From assembly GCA_016183175.1 (NCBI GenBank), contig JACPFC010000054.1, positions 8,313 through 72,312 of the forward strand: a stretch of DNA of 64,000 nt, written 5' to 3'. Both the position numbers and the translations under genes were made by a program. The notes below the pieces were generated by a model. It had not been told where the DNA came from. It did no database searches and saw only the letters and a program-made list of their open reading frames with translations. Source of the stretch: Deltaproteobacteria bacterium (GTDB taxonomy: Bacteria > UBA10199 > SBBF01). This document shows positions 20,356-30,738 of the stretch, one piece after another; the first letter of the stretch is position 1, and every line of letters begins with the position of its first letter.

Positions 20356-21426
20356 ATGAACAAAATCGGCCGACTCCGCAAAAAAATCGACGCGATTGAC
20401 CGCAAAATGCTGGCCCTTTTGTCCGAAAGGGGAAAAGTCGCGCAGGGGATCGGCAAAATGAAGAGGGAGAAGGGGGCCGGAGTCCTGGTCCCCTCGCGGG
20501 AACAGTCCATCTACGACCGCCTCTCGCGTTTCAACAAGGGGCCCTATCGGCGCGAGGCGGTGCTTTCCATTTTCCGCGAGATCATCTCGGCCACAAGGGC
20601 GCTTGAGGCCCCGTTGAGAATTTCCTATCTTGGTCCCGAGGCGACCTTCACCCATATGGCGGCGGTCCGCCACTTCGGCTCATCGGCCGAATTTGTACCC
20701 GAGGCGGGGATTGAAAATATCTTTGCGGCGGTGACGCGCGGCGAGTCCGACTTCGGGGTCGTGCCGATCGAAAATTCCACCGAAGGGGTGGTGAGCCACA
20801 CGCTCGATCTTTTTGTCGATTCCGATTTGAGCATCAGTTCAGAAGAGGTGTTAAAGATCGCCCACCATTTGTTGAGCCGCGAGGAGGGGATAGGCCGGAT
20901 CGACAGGGTCTATTCCCATCCGCACGCCATCGCCCAGTGCCGAAATTGGCTGATGACCCATCTCCCCAATGTTCCCGTGAAGGAGATGGAGAGCACGGCC
21001 GCGGCGGCCAAACGCGCCGCCGGTGAGAGGCATTCCGCGGCGATTGCCTCGGAATTCGCGTCGAGCCGATACGGTTTACCCGTACGGGCCCGCGAGATCC
21101 AGGATCAACCGCAGAATTTCACCCGCTTTTTGATCATCGGCCGGCAACCGCCGCGAAGGACGGGGCGCGACAAGACCTCCATCCTTTTTATGACGCGCGA
21201 CGAGGTGGGGATTCTGCACCAGATACTCGGCTCATTTGCGCGACAAAAGATCAACCTCACCAAGATTGAATCGCGCCCGCTCAAAAAACGGGCCTGGGAA
21301 TACATGTTTTTTGCCGATCTGGACGGCCATCTCTCGGAGAGAAGGATCGCCCGGGCCCTGTCCGAGGTGCAAAAAAAGTGCACCTTCTTCAAGATTCTGG
21401 GGTCATATCCGAAAAGTCGCATATAG
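20356..21426 (+). CDS. pheA: Chorismate mutase/prephenate dehydratase
   Basis: LRKKIDAID, YLGPEATFT, VPIENSTEG, NFTRF, NLTKIESRP. Confidence 0.95.
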   Translation: MNKIGRLRKKIDAIDRKMLALLSERGKVAQGIGKMKREKGAGVLVPSREQSIYDRLSRFNKGPYRREAVLSIFREIISATRALEAPLRISYLGPEATFTHMAAVRHFGSSAEFVPEAGIENIFAAVTRGESDFGVVPIENSTEGVVSHTLDLFVDSDLSISSEEVLKIAHHLLSREEGIGRIDRVYSHPHAIAQCRNWLMTHLPNVPVKEMESTAAAAKRAAGERHSAAIASEFASSRYGLPVRAREIQDQPQNFTRFLIIGRQPPRRTGRDKTSILFMTRDEVGILHQILGSFARQKINLTKIESRPLKKRAWEYMFFADLDGHLSERRIARALSEVQKKCTFFKILGSYPKSRI

Positions 21427-21499
21427 TGAGCGAGGATCGGATTTATTCCGTCCGAGCGAACGGGGGGTACGGGGGCGCCGGAGGCAAAGCCCCCGATTT
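21426..21499 (+). repeat. Family C element (GTGAGCGAG..GAGCGAACGGGGGG..GGCAAAGCCCCCGATTT)
   Basis: Close match to 55588-55661; split inverted copy at 60240-60412. Confidence 0.85.
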
Positions 21500-21500
21500 T

Positions 21501-22349
21501 ATGTTTAACAAAATAGCCATCATCGGTGTCGGTTTAATCGGCGGTTCGCTGGGCCTTGAAATAAAGCGCAAAAAACTGGCGCGCGAGGTTGTCGGATGCG
21601 GGCGTTCACGGGCCAACCTTGCCGTTGCAAAGCGCCGGCGCCTTATTGACGAAGCAACAACCGATTTGGCCAAAGCGGTTAAAGATGCCGATTTGGTTGT
21701 GCTGGGGGCGCCACCGAGAACAATTATAGGTCATATAGGTCGTATAGGACCTATACTGGAGAGGGGAGCGATTGTCATGGATGTCGGTTCCACCAAGGAT
21801 AAAATCGTCCGCGCCGCAGAGAAATATCTTCCCCGAACCGTTCATTTTGTTGGCGCACACCCGCTGGCCGGCGCCGAAAAAGGGGGGGCCTGGGCCGCCC
21901 TTCCCGGCCTGTTTCGGGGCAAGCGATTCGTCATTACCCCCGCTAAAAGGACAAGCCGAAAGGCCCTCGCCGTGGCAAAGCGTTTTTGGAAAAAAATGGG
22001 GAGCGAGACGATTATCCTTTCTCCCGAAAGGCATGACCGCATCCTTTCGGCGACAAGCCACCTGCCGCAGATTGTCGCCTCCGCCCTGATGAAAACCATC
22101 GGCAATGCCCTTTCGTTTTCCGAAATGAAAAAAATGGGGGGAGGGGGCTTAAAGGACACGACACGCATCGCCGCCTCTCCGGCGGAGATGTGGACGCATA
22201 TCTGTCTGGAGAATCGGGAAAATCTGTTGAAGAGTCTGCGAAAATTTGAAAGCGAACTGAAGCGCGTCGTCGGACTGATTGAAAAGAAAAATGCCGGCCC
22301 GTTGAAAAAATATCTTGAGCGCGCCTCGGAATTGAGGAGAAAATTGTAA
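21501..22349 (+). CDS. tyrA: Prephenate dehydrogenase
   Basis: IIGVGLIGGS, DVGSTK, HPLAG, HDRILSATSHLP, DTTRIA. Confidence 0.95.
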   Translation: MFNKIAIIGVGLIGGSLGLEIKRKKLAREVVGCGRSRANLAVAKRRRLIDEATTDLAKAVKDADLVVLGAPPRTIIGHIGRIGPILERGAIVMDVGSTKDKIVRAAEKYLPRTVHFVGAHPLAGAEKGGAWAALPGLFRGKRFVITPAKRTSRKALAVAKRFWKKMGSETIILSPERHDRILSATSHLPQIVASALMKTIGNALSFSEMKKMGGGGLKDTTRIAASPAEMWTHICLENRENLLKSLRKFESELKRVVGLIEKKNAGPLKKYLERASELRRKL

Positions 22350-22371
22350 AGCGAACCATGCCCCAAGTCTA

Positions 22372-23715
22372 ATGCAATCCCAAACCATCCATCCCGCCCC
22401 GCATCTTCGGGGAACAATCTCCGTTCCCGGCGACAAATCCATCTCCCACCGGGCCCTCATTTTTTCCGCAATAGCCGAAGGGGACTCGCGGATCCGCAAT
22501 CTTCTTTTGGGCGAGGATGTCCTGGCCACCATGCGGATCATGCAACAGTTGGGGGTCAAAATGTCCCACAAGCCCGAGGAAATCCGTCCGGGTGAAACCC
22601 TCATCGTGCACGGTGTCGGCCTTTACGGACTACGGCCGAGCCCCCGGCTCCTCGACTGCGGCAATTCAGGCACCACCATGCGCCTCATGATGGGCCTTCT
22701 TTCGGCCCAGCCGTTTGAATCGACATTGACGGGCGACCATTCACTCAACCGCCGCCCGATGGAGCGGGTGATCAAGCCGCTTGCCGAAATGGGGGCCCGT
22801 TTTGACGTGGAACAAAAGGGGGGAGAACGCACGATCCGGGTTAAAGGAACAAAAAAAATCGGCGCCAGGGACGCAACCACTGGAGGAATAAAATTTCATC
22901 TCCCTGTCGCCTCGGCGCAGGTGAAATCGGCCCTTATGCTGGCCGCTCTTTACGCCGCGGAGGAGACACTGGTTATTGAACCATCCCCCTCGCGCGACCA
23001 TACCGAGCGCCTCTTGGCGGCCATGGGGGTAAAACTCTTCAAAAAGGGGAACGAGGTGATGATTCACCCGGCCGAAAAACTTCAACCCCTCGACATAACC
23101 GTCCCCGGCGATTTTTCCAGCGCCGCCTTTTTTGTGGTCGGCGGACTGATAGTCCCTCACTCGGATCTCATTTTGAAGGATGTGGGAATTAACCCCACCC
23201 GTTCGGCGCTTGCCGATGTCCTTCGCGAAATGGGAGGAAGCGTCCGTATCGGCAAACCGCGACTCATTGCCGACGAACCGGTGGCGGATATTCATGTCCA
23301 AAGTTCACCCTTGAGGGGTTTTGAGTTGAAGGGGGAGATTATTCCCAAACTCATCGATGAAATCCCCATTTTTGCCGTTGCGGCTGTCTGCGCCCGTGGA
23401 AAAAGCAGTGTCTCCGATGCCGCCGAATTGCGGGTCAAGGAGTCCGACCGGATTGCCGTTCTGGCGGCGGAACTGAAAAAAATGGGGGTCGTCGTGGAGG
23501 AGAAGCCCGACGGCCTTGTCCTTTCAGGGACTCTGCATGAAGGAAAGACAAGGCTGATGGGGGGCGCCTTTGACAGCCATGGGGACCACCGGATCGCCAT
23601 GAGTTGCGCCATCGGGGCGCTGGCCGCCCAAAATTCCTCGGTTATTTCCGATGTAGAGTGTGTGGCCACCTCATTTCCCGGCTTTTTTGAAATTCTCCAT
23701 CAACTGGCTTCCTAA
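22372..23715 (+). CDS. aroA: EPSP synthase
   Basis: PGDKSISHRA, GNSGTTMR, ASAQVKSA, ELRVKESDRI, GDHRIAM. Confidence 0.97.
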   Translation: MQSQTIHPAPHLRGTISVPGDKSISHRALIFSAIAEGDSRIRNLLLGEDVLATMRIMQQLGVKMSHKPEEIRPGETLIVHGVGLYGLRPSPRLLDCGNSGTTMRLMMGLLSAQPFESTLTGDHSLNRRPMERVIKPLAEMGARFDVEQKGGERTIRVKGTKKIGARDATTGGIKFHLPVASAQVKSALMLAALYAAEETLVIEPSPSRDHTERLLAAMGVKLFKKGNEVMIHPAEKLQPLDITVPGDFSSAAFFVVGGLIVPHSDLILKDVGINPTRSALADVLREMGGSVRIGKPRLIADEPVADIHVQSSPLRGFELKGEIIPKLIDEIPIFAVAAVCARGKSSVSDAAELRVKESDRIAVLAAELKKMGVVVEEKPDGLVLSGTLHEGKTRLMGGAFDSHGDHRIAMSCAIGALAAQNSSVISDVECVATSFPGFFEILHQLAS

Positions 23716-23887
23716 CCGGCCAGTGCCGGAACCTGATGAAAGTGCCGGGCCTCCCTTGCGGCTCAAAATTTGGCATCGTTTGCACAGTATCTTGCCAAAG
23801 TGGAACTTATTCCTGTAAAATCATTTGACTTTAGAGGTATTTAAGAATAAACGCGATGGGCCTTTGCAAAGGAGGAAATTAATCATA

Positions 23888-25558
23888 ATGACCGAGACAC
23901 AGACCGCATCCGATTTTAAAACGCTTTTCGAGGAACGCCTCAAAACTTTCAATGTCCAGGAGGGAAAACTGGTGACTGGCACGGTTGTGGCGGTGGGGCG
24001 CGACATGGTTTCCGTCGACATCGGCTTCAAGACGGAGGGTTACATCCCGGTTGAGGAATTCATCAATTTTGACGGCGAGGTGGGGGTCAAGCCGGGCGAC
24101 GCCATCCGGGTGGTGTTGGAGCAGATCGAGGACGACAACGGGAATCTGATCCTCTCCAAGGAGCGGGCGGACGCCCTGGAGGCATGGGACAAGGTGGCGG
24201 AGGCCCATGAAAAGGATCAAATTATCGAGGGGGTCATCGTCAACAAGATCAAGGGGGGGATGTCGGTCAATCTGGGGGGGATCAAGGCCTTTCTTCCCGG
24301 TTCGCAGATTGACCTGAAGCCGGTCAAAAGCCTCGACAAGCTCATCGGTCATAAATTTCAGTTCAAAATCATCAAGCTCAACAAGGCCAAGGGAAACATC
24401 GTCCTCTCGCGCCGCGTTGTTCTGGAAAAAGAGCGCGAATCACAAAAGAAGAACCTTCTCGAAAACCTTCGCGAAGGGCAGGTGATCAAGGGGGTGGTCA
24501 AGAACCTCACCGAATATGGGGCGTTTGTGGACCTGGGGGGGATCGACGGCCTTCTTCATATCACCGACATGAGCTGGGGGCGCGCGGGCCATCCGAGCGA
24601 GATCTTTTCGGTCGGCGACGAAATCGACGTCGTGGTTTTGAAATACGACCCCAAAAACGAAAAAGTCTCACTTGGCTACAAACAGCTCCTCCCCGACCCC
24701 TGGAAAGAGGTGAAGGGGAAGTTCACGCCGGGTGAAAAGCTTCAGGGAAAGGTGGTCAACATCACCGACTACGGCATTTTTGTGGAGCTCGCGGAGGGGA
24801 TCGAGGGGTTGGTGCATGTCTCGGAGCTTTCGTGGTCCAAAAAGACGCGGCACCCGTCCAAGATGGTCAAGCAGGGGGATGTCATTGAGGCGGTGGTGCT
24901 GGATGTCGATCCCGGCAACCGGCGCATTGCGCTCGGCATGAAGCAGTTGGATCCGAATCCGTGGGACGGGCTGGTGGAAAAATATCCGGCGGGGACAAAA
25001 GTCCGCGGCACGGTGCGCAATGTCACCGATTTCGGCGTTTTTGTGGGGATCGAGGGGGAAGAGATCGACGGGCTGGTCCATGTCTCCGATTTGACGTGGG
25101 ATAAAAACGTCAAACATCCGTCCGAGCTTTACAAGAAAGGGGATGAGGTTGATTGTGTGGTCATCACGGTGGACAAGGGAGCCGAGCGGTTCGCCCTCGG
25201 CTTGAAACAGCTCGAAGACGACCCGCGGGCGAATATGGCGCGAAAATACCGGACAGGGACGGCGGTTTCGGGAGTTGTTGTACAGGCAACCGACAAAGGG
25301 GTCGTCGTCCGCCTCGAAGACGACACAACCGGTTTTATTGCCAATGCCGATCTTTCCCTGCACGCAAAAGAGGAGGGTCATGAAAGGCCCAAAGAAGGGG
25401 AGACAGTCACGGCGACGGTCAAAAAAGTCGACCCCCGCGAAAATCGTGTTCTCTTGAGCGTCAAGACCTACGAGAAGGCCCAGGAGAAGGAGCACATGAA
25501 GGAGTTCCTCTCCAAACAGGGCGATTCGTCGGTGAAATTGCAGGATATAGCAAAGTAA
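23888..25558 (+). CDS. rpsA: 30S ribosomal protein S1
   Basis: Repeated S1 domains (YGAFVDLGGIDGLLHITDMSW); SD AAGGAGG upstream. Confidence 0.97.
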   Translation: MTETQTASDFKTLFEERLKTFNVQEGKLVTGTVVAVGRDMVSVDIGFKTEGYIPVEEFINFDGEVGVKPGDAIRVVLEQIEDDNGNLILSKERADALEAWDKVAEAHEKDQIIEGVIVNKIKGGMSVNLGGIKAFLPGSQIDLKPVKSLDKLIGHKFQFKIIKLNKAKGNIVLSRRVVLEKERESQKKNLLENLREGQVIKGVVKNLTEYGAFVDLGGIDGLLHITDMSWGRAGHPSEIFSVGDEIDVVVLKYDPKNEKVSLGYKQLLPDPWKEVKGKFTPGEKLQGKVVNITDYGIFVELAEGIEGLVHVSELSWSKKTRHPSKMVKQGDVIEAVVLDVDPGNRRIALGMKQLDPNPWDGLVEKYPAGTKVRGTVRNVTDFGVFVGIEGEEIDGLVHVSDLTWDKNVKHPSELYKKGDEVDCVVITVDKGAERFALGLKQLEDDPRANMARKYRTGTAVSGVVVQATDKGVVVRLEDDTTGFIANADLSLHAKEEGHERPKEGETVTATVKKVDPRENRVLLSVKTYEKAQEKEHMKEFLSKQGDSSVKLQDIAK

Positions 25559-25636
25559 AACAAGCTCCAAATTCCAAGCTCCAAATTCCAAGCTGAAATT
25601 TTTTTTGGAATTTGGAATTTGGGATTTGGAATTTGC
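25559..25636. repeat. Inverted heptamer tandem repeat array
   Basis: (TCCAAAT/TCCAAGC)n facing (TTTGGAA)n. Confidence 0.85.
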
Positions 25637-25644
25637 CTTTAAGT

Positions 25645-26559
25645 ATGCGCCGGCATCCAATCCTCCTTTCATTTCTGGTCGTCTTTCTCATCCTTTTTTT
25701 CCTGGCCGGCGTCTTTGTCGTGGTTGTCGCCCTCACGGGGGGCGATGGAGCAAAGTGGCTCCCGCTGGGCGATATCGCGATTGTTGAAATTGAAGGCCCC
25801 ATCTTCGACTCCACCGACATCATCAAGGAGCTTCACCGTTACGGCGAAAACAGCTCCATCAAGGCGGTGGTGTTGCGGATCGATTCCCCCGGCGGGGCCG
25901 TGGCCCCCTCGCAGGAAATTTTCGAGGAGGTCAAAAAACTCAAAAAAACCAAAAAAGTCGTCGTCTCCCTGGGAACGGTGGGGGCCTCGGGGGCCTACTA
26001 CATCGCCTGCGCGGCGGATAAAATCATCGCCAGCCCCGGCACCATCACCGGCTCCATCGGCGTCATCATGGAAAGCATGAGCTTTCACGAAGTGCTCAAA
26101 TGGGCCCGTCTCGAAAACCGCGTGATCAAAAGCGGCGAGTACAAGGATGTCGGCTCCCCCTTCCGCGAAATGCTTCCCGGGGAAAGGGCCTATCTGCAGG
26201 CCATTCTCGACAATATGTACGGCCAGTTCAAAAATGCGGTGGCCGAAAACCGGGGTTTTTCGCAGGAACAAATCGATCTGATCGCGGAGGGAAAAATTTA
26301 CACGGGGGAACAGGCGATGACCCAAAAGCTTGTCGACGGATTGGGGACGCTGTACGACGCCATCGACGAGGCCAAAAAGCTTGCCGGCCTTTCACCGGAT
26401 GCCCGCGTCATCTGGCCGCGGAAGGACAAATTCCCGTTCGAGTCGCTTTTGTTCGATTCGATGGAAAAAAATTCGCTTGAGCATTTTGTCAAAAAATATT
26501 TTCATGGCATGGACGCGCCGGTCTGGTTATACTCCATGAACCCTCTCAAAATCGACTAA
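25645..26559 (+). CDS. sppA: Signal peptide peptidase SppA
   Basis: LRIDSPGG, ASGAYYIA, TGSIGV, KSGEYKD. Confidence 0.95.
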   Translation: MRRHPILLSFLVVFLILFFLAGVFVVVVALTGGDGAKWLPLGDIAIVEIEGPIFDSTDIIKELHRYGENSSIKAVVLRIDSPGGAVAPSQEIFEEVKKLKKTKKVVVSLGTVGASGAYYIACAADKIIASPGTITGSIGVIMESMSFHEVLKWARLENRVIKSGEYKDVGSPFREMLPGERAYLQAILDNMYGQFKNAVAENRGFSQEQIDLIAEGKIYTGEQAMTQKLVDGLGTLYDAIDEAKKLAGLSPDARVIWPRKDKFPFESLLFDSMEKNSLEHFVKKYFHGMDAPVWLYSMNPLKID

Positions 26560-26575
26560 GGAAGGATTCTTAATT

Positions 26576-26869
26576 ATGAACAAGAGCGATTTAATTGAAA
26601 CCGTTTCCGAAAAAGTCAAAAGCCTCGCCCGACGGGAGGTGGAGGCGATTGTCGAAACCATCTTCGACAAAATGACGGGGGCCTTGTCCAAGGGGGACCG
26701 GATTGAGATCCGCGGATTCGGCAGTTTTGAAGTGCGCGTGCGGGAGCCGCGGCAGGGGAGAAACCCCAAGACGGGGGCGCAGGTCTATGTGAATACCCGG
26801 CGCGTCCCGTTTTTCAAGGTGGGAAAGGAACTGCGCGAGCGGGTCAACAACGGGGCGGGGGCGGCCTAA
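26576..26869 (+). CDS. ihfB: Integration host factor beta
   Basis: RIEIRGFGSF, GRNPKTG, FKVGKELRERVN. Confidence 0.92.
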   Translation: MNKSDLIETVSEKVKSLARREVEAIVETIFDKMTGALSKGDRIEIRGFGSFEVRVREPRQGRNPKTGAQVYVNTRRVPFFKVGKELRERVNNGAGAA

Positions 26870-27349
26870 ATGAAGGTTCTTTGGGCCCCCTGGAGGATGG
26901 ATTTCATCTTGAGGGCCCGCGAAAAGACAGGCCCCTGCATCTTCTGCGAACTCCCCAAACAAAAAAAATCACCCCGCAATCTCATTTTGCACAAGGGCAA
27001 AAAGGCCTTTGTCATCCTCAACCGCTATCCTTACAGCAACGGGCATCTGATGGTGGTGCCGAAAAGGCATCTCGAGGGCCTGGAAAAATTGACCCCTTCG
27101 GAGCATGCCGAACTGGGCGTTCTCGTCACCCGCTCGGTGGCTGTCCTTAAAAAAGCGTTCAAACCGCAGGGTTTTAACATCGGCATGAATCTGGGAAGGG
27201 TGGCGGGGGCGGGCATTGAGGACCATGTTCACACCCATGTGGTCCCGCGCTGGATCGGGGACGCGAGTTTTATGCCGGTTATCGGAAACAGCCGGGTGAT
27301 TCCGGAGGCGTTAAAGGAGACGTATCGAAAACTGGCGAGGATATTTTAA
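26870..27349 (+). CDS. HIT-family hydrolase
   Basis: LWAPWR, CIFC, NRYPYSNGHLM, HVHTHVVPRW. Confidence 0.93.
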   Translation: MKVLWAPWRMDFILRAREKTGPCIFCELPKQKKSPRNLILHKGKKAFVILNRYPYSNGHLMVVPKRHLEGLEKLTPSEHAELGVLVTRSVAVLKKAFKPQGFNIGMNLGRVAGAGIEDHVHTHVVPRWIGDASFMPVIGNSRVIPEALKETYRKLARIF

Positions 27350-27461
27350 AATGTCAAATGACAAATTCCAAATTTCCAAGGAATGTCAAAACTCCAAACG
27401 ACAAATTTGATATTGTTGTTTTGAGTTTCTTTTGACATTTGAACTTTGACATTTGTCATTT
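27348..27461. repeat. Inverted heptamer array (AAATGTC/AAATGAC vs GACATTT)
   Basis: Between convergent genes; same family as 52968-53084. Confidence 0.85.
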
Positions 27462-27465
27462 TCCC

Positions 27466-28191
27466 CTACCCCGTAATCTTTTTGCCCGGCTTTCTCAATT
27501 TCTTGATGTCAACGGCGGGGGCTTCGTCCGGATACGTTTGTACCGGCGCTCGAACCGGGGCGCTGGACTGCAATTTTTTCAAATCCTCCACTTTCGCCTC
27601 GCTGGAAAGCTTCCCCCCCACAAAACCGCTGGCGTCGCGGTCACAGGATATGGCGCGGGCTTGGGTTTCGCGCTCTTCGCGGATCCGGTTGACCTCTTTT
27701 TCGAGGCGGCGGCGCGGCGAGGGGAAACGTTCGATCAGGTAGGCGAGTTGCTTTTTGACCGTCGCATCGACAAGCAGATTTCCACCTTTTACCAACCCCT
27801 GATCTTTAAGGGCTTTGACGCTGTTCCAAAAAACTTCCTCCGTGATGCCGGAGGATGGTTTGATGCTCCTGAAATAAAGTTTCTTTAAATCTTCATCGGT
27901 CCATTCCCCTTCGCGCACCAGATTGGGATCAAAAGGTTTGAAAACCGGCCCGGTGTAGCGATACGGCCGGAGCGACATGAATTTTTCTTTGGAGACGAGG
28001 TAAGAGCCGTCGGCCTGTTTGCAATCGTCGAAGGCGTTTTTCCATTGGGGATAGGCAAACCGGGTGGAATCGACAAAACCGTTCCGGTAGAGGTAGGGGA
28101 TGTCGCCGGGGAGATAGTGGATGAACCCCTCTTTCGTCTTGGGAACCTTCTCCCAGATGTACTCCATCGGGTCCTGGATTTCCTGGGGCAT
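27466..28191 (-). CDS. Hypothetical protein
   Basis: 241-aa ORF with host-like codon use, last of a three-gene run. Confidence 0.75.
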   Translation of the reverse strand: MPQEIQDPMEYIWEKVPKTKEGFIHYLPGDIPYLYRNGFVDSTRFAYPQWKNAFDDCKQADGSYLVSKEKFMSLRPYRYTGPVFKPFDPNLVREGEWTDEDLKKLYFRSIKPSSGITEEVFWNSVKALKDQGLVKGGNLLVDATVKKQLAYLIERFPSPRRRLEKEVNRIREERETQARAISCDRDASGFVGGKLSSEAKVEDLKKLQSSAPVRAPVQTYPDEAPAVDIKKLRKPGKKITG

Positions 28192-28198
28192 AGTCTAA

Positions 28199-28606
28199 TT
28201 AACCATACCAATAACTCGAACTGCCGTCATCATATTTTGCCATGTCCTCCTCATGCTCATAGGCCACATCATCTTTTTCGGCCTCGGCCTCCAGGTAGTC
28301 CGCATCCGCCTTGGTCTGCGAGGCCTCGGCGCGGATGGCGTCGTTCTCGGCGTTTTTCCAGTCGACCTTGTAGGTCAGCTCGGCCTCTTTTTCGCGGACC
28401 CTTAAGGCCTCCATCTGGATCTGGTAGTTTTTGTCGGCCTCGTAGATGCGGGCGTCATAGTCGTATTTGGCCTGCTGAATCACGGCGTCGGACTGTTCCT
28501 GCGCGATTTGCAAGTCAACCTCGTTCGAATCGAGCGCTATGGCCTCGTTCGAATCGGCCTGATATTTTGTCGCCTCGACATATTCCCAGTTATATCCGCC
28601 ACCCAT
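28199..28606 (-). CDS. Hypothetical acidic, Tyr/Ala-rich helical protein
   Basis: SD AAAGGAG; 135 aa. Confidence 0.7.
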   Translation of the reverse strand: MGGGYNWEYVEATKYQADSNEAIALDSNEVDLQIAQEQSDAVIQQAKYDYDARIYEADKNYQIQMEALRVREKEAELTYKVDWKNAENDAIRAEASQTKADADYLEAEAEKDDVAYEHEEDMAKYDDGSSSYWYG

Positions 28607-28624
28607 AATTGACTCCTTTCACAA

Positions 28625-29008
28625 TTAAGCTGTTTCACTTCCCGACGATCCTGTATCGTCGATTTCTTCGTCATACCCCAAATACGATTCTTCCTCCTCA
28701 ATGCTTTCATCGGTATCAGAGGCCGCTTCAACCGAGGCAAGGGCGCTGTTTGAAACAGCGGATGAATCGCTACTTGTTTCATCCGTCGCTGAACTTGCAG
28801 GCGAGAAGGCAACAGTTTGTTCCTCCGGATTGCCGATATTTGCCGCCATGTCTGCCTGTCTGGCCTGATCCGCCTCGCTCAACTCCTGTCCGCGAGAAAC
28901 CGCATCGCTAAAATTAAAAGCAGTTGGATCGGCTGACAACAAATCGCGTTCCTCGGCAGGCAACGGAGGAGCCCCTCCACCTGGCGTTGTCTGTTCTACC
29001 TTGCCCAT
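28625..29008 (-). CDS. Hypothetical acidic low-complexity protein
   Basis: Start MGKVEQ downstream of GCCGATAA; the longer ORF begins inside a repeat. Confidence 0.65.
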   Translation of the reverse strand: MGKVEQTTPGGGAPPLPAEERDLLSADPTAFNFSDAVSRGQELSEADQARQADMAANIGNPEEQTVAFSPASSATDETSSDSSAVSNSALASVEAASDTDESIEEEESYLGYDEEIDDTGSSGSETA

Positions 29009-29027
29009 AAATCGCCCCTTGCCCCTA

Positions 29028-29055
29028 TTATCGGCCGATCTATCCTTCAAAGTTG
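29028..29055 (-). promoter_or_regulatory. Sigma28 (FliA)-like promoter
   Basis: CAACT-15 nt-GCCGATAA; perfect -10, non-canonical -35. Confidence 0.5.
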
Positions 29056-29094
29056 CTTTGGGGATTAGTCTCCCCACTTTTTTGCTTCTGCAAT

Positions 29095-29146
29095 CTCCGC
29101 TCCCAAGCCGCTTCATCCGCCACTGGCGGCGCGGCTTGGGAACCCT
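29095..29146 (-). repeat. Family B element
   Basis: 52/52 identical (reverse complement) to 46245-46296. Confidence 0.9.
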
Positions 29147-29278
29147 TGCTTTGGGGGGTTACCACCCCCAAGGGACCCGATGCCTCTGCCTAACTATAGA
29201 GTTTAACATACTTTTTTTAATCCCGGATAGAGGTTATTTTTTGACCTTGGCCCTCTTTTGGGATATAAAGGGCCTCCC

Positions 29279-30478
29279 GTGAAACGAACGATTTTCTTTA
29301 TTTTCCTCTTGTTAGCCTCTTTTTTGGCCCTGCGGACCCTGTCCCAGGCCTATTACCCCGCCACCTTTTGGTCTTCCGACCGTCTCCCTCTCCATATCGT
29401 TGGAGTCCGCGCCGGAAAGGTGGTATCGGGGGATGAAACCAATCTGGTTGCTTTAAGCCCCAACAAGCTGGTCGTTTACCGCATATCCGAGTCGAAACTT
29501 GTTCCGGTGGCGGAATATGCCGGTGGCGGGCGCGACTCATGGATTAAACTGTCGTTGATCGACCTTGACGGAAACGGCGCCGACGAGATCATCGTCTCCG
29601 GTTTTTATCACGAAGACACCTCGTCTTTTGTCGCGACGGTTCGGGATGGAAAAATCCAAAAGATCGCCGACGCGCCGTATCATTTATCCGCCATCACCTG
29701 GGAGGGCGAGCCGCCCCGGCAGGGCGAGCCGCCCCGGCAGGGCGAGCCGCCCCGGCAGGGGAAAAAAATCCTCGTTGCCCAGAAAAGGTTTGGCGGGGAC
29801 GATTTTTCGGGGCCTTTGATCGAGATGGGGTTGAACGGGGGTAAGCTGGTAAAAAAAAGGGAGATAATCCTCCCCGGCGGAATTTCGGGCGAGTCGATAT
29901 CCCTTTTTTCCGTGGCCGGACTGGAGCCGATGGAAGGCAAGGGAGGTTTTTTACAGCTGAACTCGATGGGAAAACTTCTTCATTACGTCAGGCAGGGAGA
30001 TGGAAAATATAAAAAAGAGTGGACCAGTGGGGAGAGCTATTCGGCGGTATTTACCGCTCTAGACATTACTGTAAGAAATATGATGAATGAGGTTGAAAAA
30101 GAAAGGTTTTTGGTTCCTGTTTCATTCCAGATAAAAGCCGAAGATCAGCCTCTTCCGCTGGTGACCCTGCCGCCGCCGTCATCCCCTTCCCCCCTGCAGG
30201 TTTATGTCGTGAAGAATGAGGGGTATTTGAAAAATATTGTCGGCCCTATCCCCTCGGTCAAAAATGCGCAGATGGTCCGCTTGGTCTGGAGCGGATATGG
30301 TTTTCAGGAGGACTGGAATTCGCCGCGGCTCGATGGAGCCATCTCGGATTTTGACATCGTCGACTGGGATGACGACGGCACGCCGGAGATTCTCGCGGCC
30401 CTTCTTTTGCGGGACAAGGGATATTTTGATACGTTGAAAAAGCAGGATAGTTTGTTGATTGTGCTCGATTTGCCGTGA
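29279..30478 (+). CDS. Secreted FG-GAP/VCBS-repeat protein
   Basis: Signal peptide; DLDGNGADEII and DWDDDGTPEIL motifs; internal (GEPPRQ)x3. Confidence 0.75.
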   Translation: MKRTIFFIFLLLASFLALRTLSQAYYPATFWSSDRLPLHIVGVRAGKVVSGDETNLVALSPNKLVVYRISESKLVPVAEYAGGGRDSWIKLSLIDLDGNGADEIIVSGFYHEDTSSFVATVRDGKIQKIADAPYHLSAITWEGEPPRQGEPPRQGEPPRQGKKILVAQKRFGGDDFSGPLIEMGLNGGKLVKKREIILPGGISGESISLFSVAGLEPMEGKGGFLQLNSMGKLLHYVRQGDGKYKKEWTSGESYSAVFTALDITVRNMMNEVEKERFLVPVSFQIKAEDQPLPLVTLPPPSSPSPLQVYVVKNEGYLKNIVGPIPSVKNAQMVRLVWSGYGFQEDWNSPRLDGAISDFDIVDWDDDGTPEILAALLLRDKGYFDTLKKQDSLLIVLDLP

Positions 30479-30499
30479 GGGTTGTGTTAAAAAGGGATT

Positions 30500-30727
30500 A
30501 TGGTCGAAGATTCAAGTTTCAAGAAGGTCCTGGAATGGATGGAAACGTTGAATTCCCGCATGGCGCGCATGGAGGAATTGCAACAGTATCATTCTCAAAA
30601 ACTGGAAACCGTTTTTGATGTCCTTCAGGAGATGCGCGATGACCTTCGCATGCTTAAACGCACGGTTGTCCTCCATGAAGACGAAATCAACGAATTAAAA
30701 AAACACATCGGACTCTCGAAACACTAG
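30500..30727 (+). CDS. Small coiled-coil hypothetical protein
   Basis: Heptad-like 75-aa ORF. Confidence 0.6.
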   Translation: MVEDSSFKKVLEWMETLNSRMARMEELQQYHSQKLETVFDVLQEMRDDLRMLKRTVVLHEDEINELKKHIGLSKH

Positions 30728-30738
30728 CCTCACGAATG

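Noticed and set aside
23770..23785. Sigma54-like TGGCATCGTTTGCA before rpsA
   Set aside because: GG-GC spacing is 8 nt, not the required 10
28199..28606. Resemblance to microvirus DNA pilot proteins
   Set aside because: Only compositional; no capsid or replication gene nearby
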